Source: Malacoraja senta (taxonomy: Eukaryota). Taken from it: a stretch of DNA of 36,004 nucleotides. Of the stretch, positions 33,586-36,004 are shown piece by piece. The stretch covers positions 62,001 to 98,004 of the forward strand of contig JAXLNO010000153.1 in NCBI GenBank assembly GCA_038087875.1, written 5' to 3'. Position 1 is the stretch's first letter. The number at the start of each line of letters is the position of its first letter. A program made the translations under genes and the position numbers. The notes beneath the pieces are model-generated. The model was not told the origin of the DNA and did no database searches. It saw only the letters and a program-made list of their open reading frames with translations.

Positions 33586-36004
33586 ATGTTATCTACTCCA
33601 CTGCGATATCTCATCAAGGTATGCCTACTTTGAAGAAGTTGTCCTCCTTCCTCCGAAGACAGTTTTACAACCTCCTCTCTCACTGCCCCCCTCTGTGATT
33701 CCCCCTTCCCTCCAACTCTCCGACCACATCCTAACCCAGACCCGATACCACAGCCACATTTGCTTCCTCGGGACTTGCCTGCGCCTCCATCTCGTACCTC
33801 ATGGCTTCCAGCTCCAGTTCCCTACCTCCCAGTTCGGACTCAAGCGGGACTATAGGTACCGACTGGCTATCTGCCGCCATACACAGCAATTCTCCTTCCG
33901 TGCTCTGTGATGTACTCTGGCTGCGATACTCCGGCACTAGCAGGACCTCGCTTTGATTCTCCCGAAACTTCAGGCTTCACTCACCCAGACCTGCAACGGA
34001 CCCCAACTCTACTTCATCCTCCGGAATATCCACGTCTTCAATCAACGATTCCTAGCCCACCTTAACTCCACCAAGGACTTGAAACTAGCCTGCATCCAGG
34101 CCACTCCCACCACCGACACTCCACGACTCGACCGCCTGCAGGCCCCAGGCCCCAACTCTGGCCCGCGCCGCCTGCCCGAGTCCCGGGATGCCATCTTGGC
34201 CACGAGGAGCAGCTACAACACTCACCAGGACGCCACCTTCGCCGACCTCCACGTCGATGCTGCCGCCGACCTTCACCTGCCTACCGATGACGCCCAGCCT
34301 CGCTGCCTCTCTGGTAACTATGACTATTCCCCCCCCCACCCCAGATTCCTCCTATCGCCACCATAACGCGACCGCCGAACCTCGATGGGTCCGTGCCGAC
34401 CCACTGGACCCATCGAACCTCACTGCCCCACCGACCATCCGCCCACCGGGACCTCCCACACTTCGCCCGTTGACCCTGACACTACTCCCCGCGGACTCCC
34501 ACCATCGACTCCACCGACCTCGCCACTCCACCGCCCTCCAGCCGTCGCCTTACCTGCAGCCTGGACTCAGCACCGGGCCTGAAGCTTCCACGCTGCAGAC
34601 TCCCACTACCTTGGGTTTGACTGCGCTGCGTCCTAGTGCTAGTCCCCCCTAACTTGCTAACCTCAGTGGCTGTTCCACTGGGTCTTCCCCATCCCCCTCA
34701 ATCCTTGTGACCCCTGCTCTTCCCCACCAACACTACAGTCTTCATGCCCCCTCCTACTTGACCACCCACCACCCCCCCACCAGACATCGCCACGGGCTCA
34801 GTGCACTTACCTGCCTTCGTCCGGCTCCAATCCCCATCCCTGCCGTGTGTTCACCATCCCCCGACCTCCGCCTCCCTGATACTGAATGGTCTGTCCTCAG
34901 CAGAGGCCTCACCTTTGTCCCCCTCCGTCCCCACCTCAATGAGTTCCGCGCCCACCATGATGTGGAGCTCTTCCAACCTTCGCCTCCGCCTCACAGCGTT
35001 CTTCCACGGTAATGAGTCCTCACCCCCCATTGTTGATCCCTTGTCCGGTCTCCAACGGACCCCTTCCTCTTGGACCCCCCCTCATGGTCATTATCCGGCT
35101 TTAGACCTTTTTCAAAACTGCCAATGGGACATCAACTTCTCCACTCCCCTGTCTCACTCTAACCTCTCCCCCCCTGAACGTACAGCCATCGACTCACTCC
35201 GCAACAACCCAGACTGGTTTAGCAAACCTGCCGACAAGGGAGGTGCTGTGGTAGTCTGGTGCGCTGATCTCCACAAAGCTGAGGCCACACGCCAACTCTC
35301 GGACACCTCCTCCTACTTATCCCTGGACCACGACCCCACTGACGAGCACCAGGCCACAATCTCTAGCACCATCACCGACTTCATCAAATCCGGCTCCCTG
35401 CCCCCCCCCCGAGCCTCCAACCTCATCATTCCCCAGCCCCGCACGGACCGATTTTACCTTATCCCCAAAATCCACAAACCTGACTGTCCTGGTAGACCTA
35501 TTGTCTCTGCCTGTTCGTGCCCTACCGAACATATTTCCACATACGTCGACTCCATCCTATACCCCTTGGTTAAATCCCTCCCGACCTATGTTCAAGACAC
35601 CTCAGACACTCACCGTCGTCTCCGGGCATTCCATTCTCTAGTCCCCCATTCCCTCATCTTCACCATGGACGTCCAGTCACTCTACACCTCCATCCCGCAC
35701 CAGAAGGGTCTCAAAGCCCTCCGGTTCTTCCTCGACCGGAGAACCAATCAATCCTCGTCCACTGATACCCTCCTCCACCTAGCGGAGCTGGTCCTTACCC
35801 TCAATAACTTTTCGTTTGACTCCTCCCATTTCCTCCAAATACAAGGCGTAGCTATAGGCACGCGCATGGGCCCCAGCTACGCCAGCCTCTTTGTCGGGTA
35901 CGTCGAAAAATCCTTGTTCAAGACGTACCGGGGCCCCATCCCCGACCTCTACCTCCGCTACATCGACGATTGCATTGGTCCTACCTCCTGCACCCACGCA
36001 CAAC
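33586..36004 (+). mobile_element. Penelope-like element, 5' part of a full-length tandem copy (runs off the window)
   Basis: ATG at 33586 directly after the pseudo-LTR; disrupted N-terminus. A stop-free frame from 34981 to the window end (not in the ORF track) has KPADKGGAVV, FYLIPKIHK, GRPIVS, MDVQSLYTSIP, QGVAIGTRMGPSYA and LRYIDD, the PLE RT motifs. Confidence 0.93.

Overview
Repeat-dense vertebrate genomic DNA, most likely from a cartilaginous fish such as a skate or ray. That assignment is inferred from the repeat spectrum (CR1 LINEs with (TTTCTATG)n tails, abundant Penelope-like elements, KRAB-less C2H2 array) and is not proven. The left third is a minus-strand Gypsy LTR retrotransposon split by a near-full-length CR1 and a 5'-truncated L1, and cut at its 5' side by a Rex1/Babar LINE. 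The middle holds a CpG/YY1/CCAAT promoter-like first exon (~15.5-15.7 kb), a 60-bp minisatellite, a hAT relic filled with CR1/Penelope pieces, an antisense solo LTR, and a KRAB-less tandem C2H2 zinc-finger gene (24535-25659, 13 fingers) with a decayed 3' finger tail. The right part has a ~2.2-kb putative non-autonomous DNA transposon carrying a spliced ORF for a stand-alone Spindlin (Spin/Ssty)-like Tudor domain. It also has a diverged inverted duplication of an exon-like segment, tandem repeats ending in a Helitron-like 3' end, and a partial-tandem Penelope-like retroelement whose pseudo-LTRs contain minimal hammerhead-ribozyme cores. All calls are by eye; boundaries are approximate unless a junction sequence is quoted.
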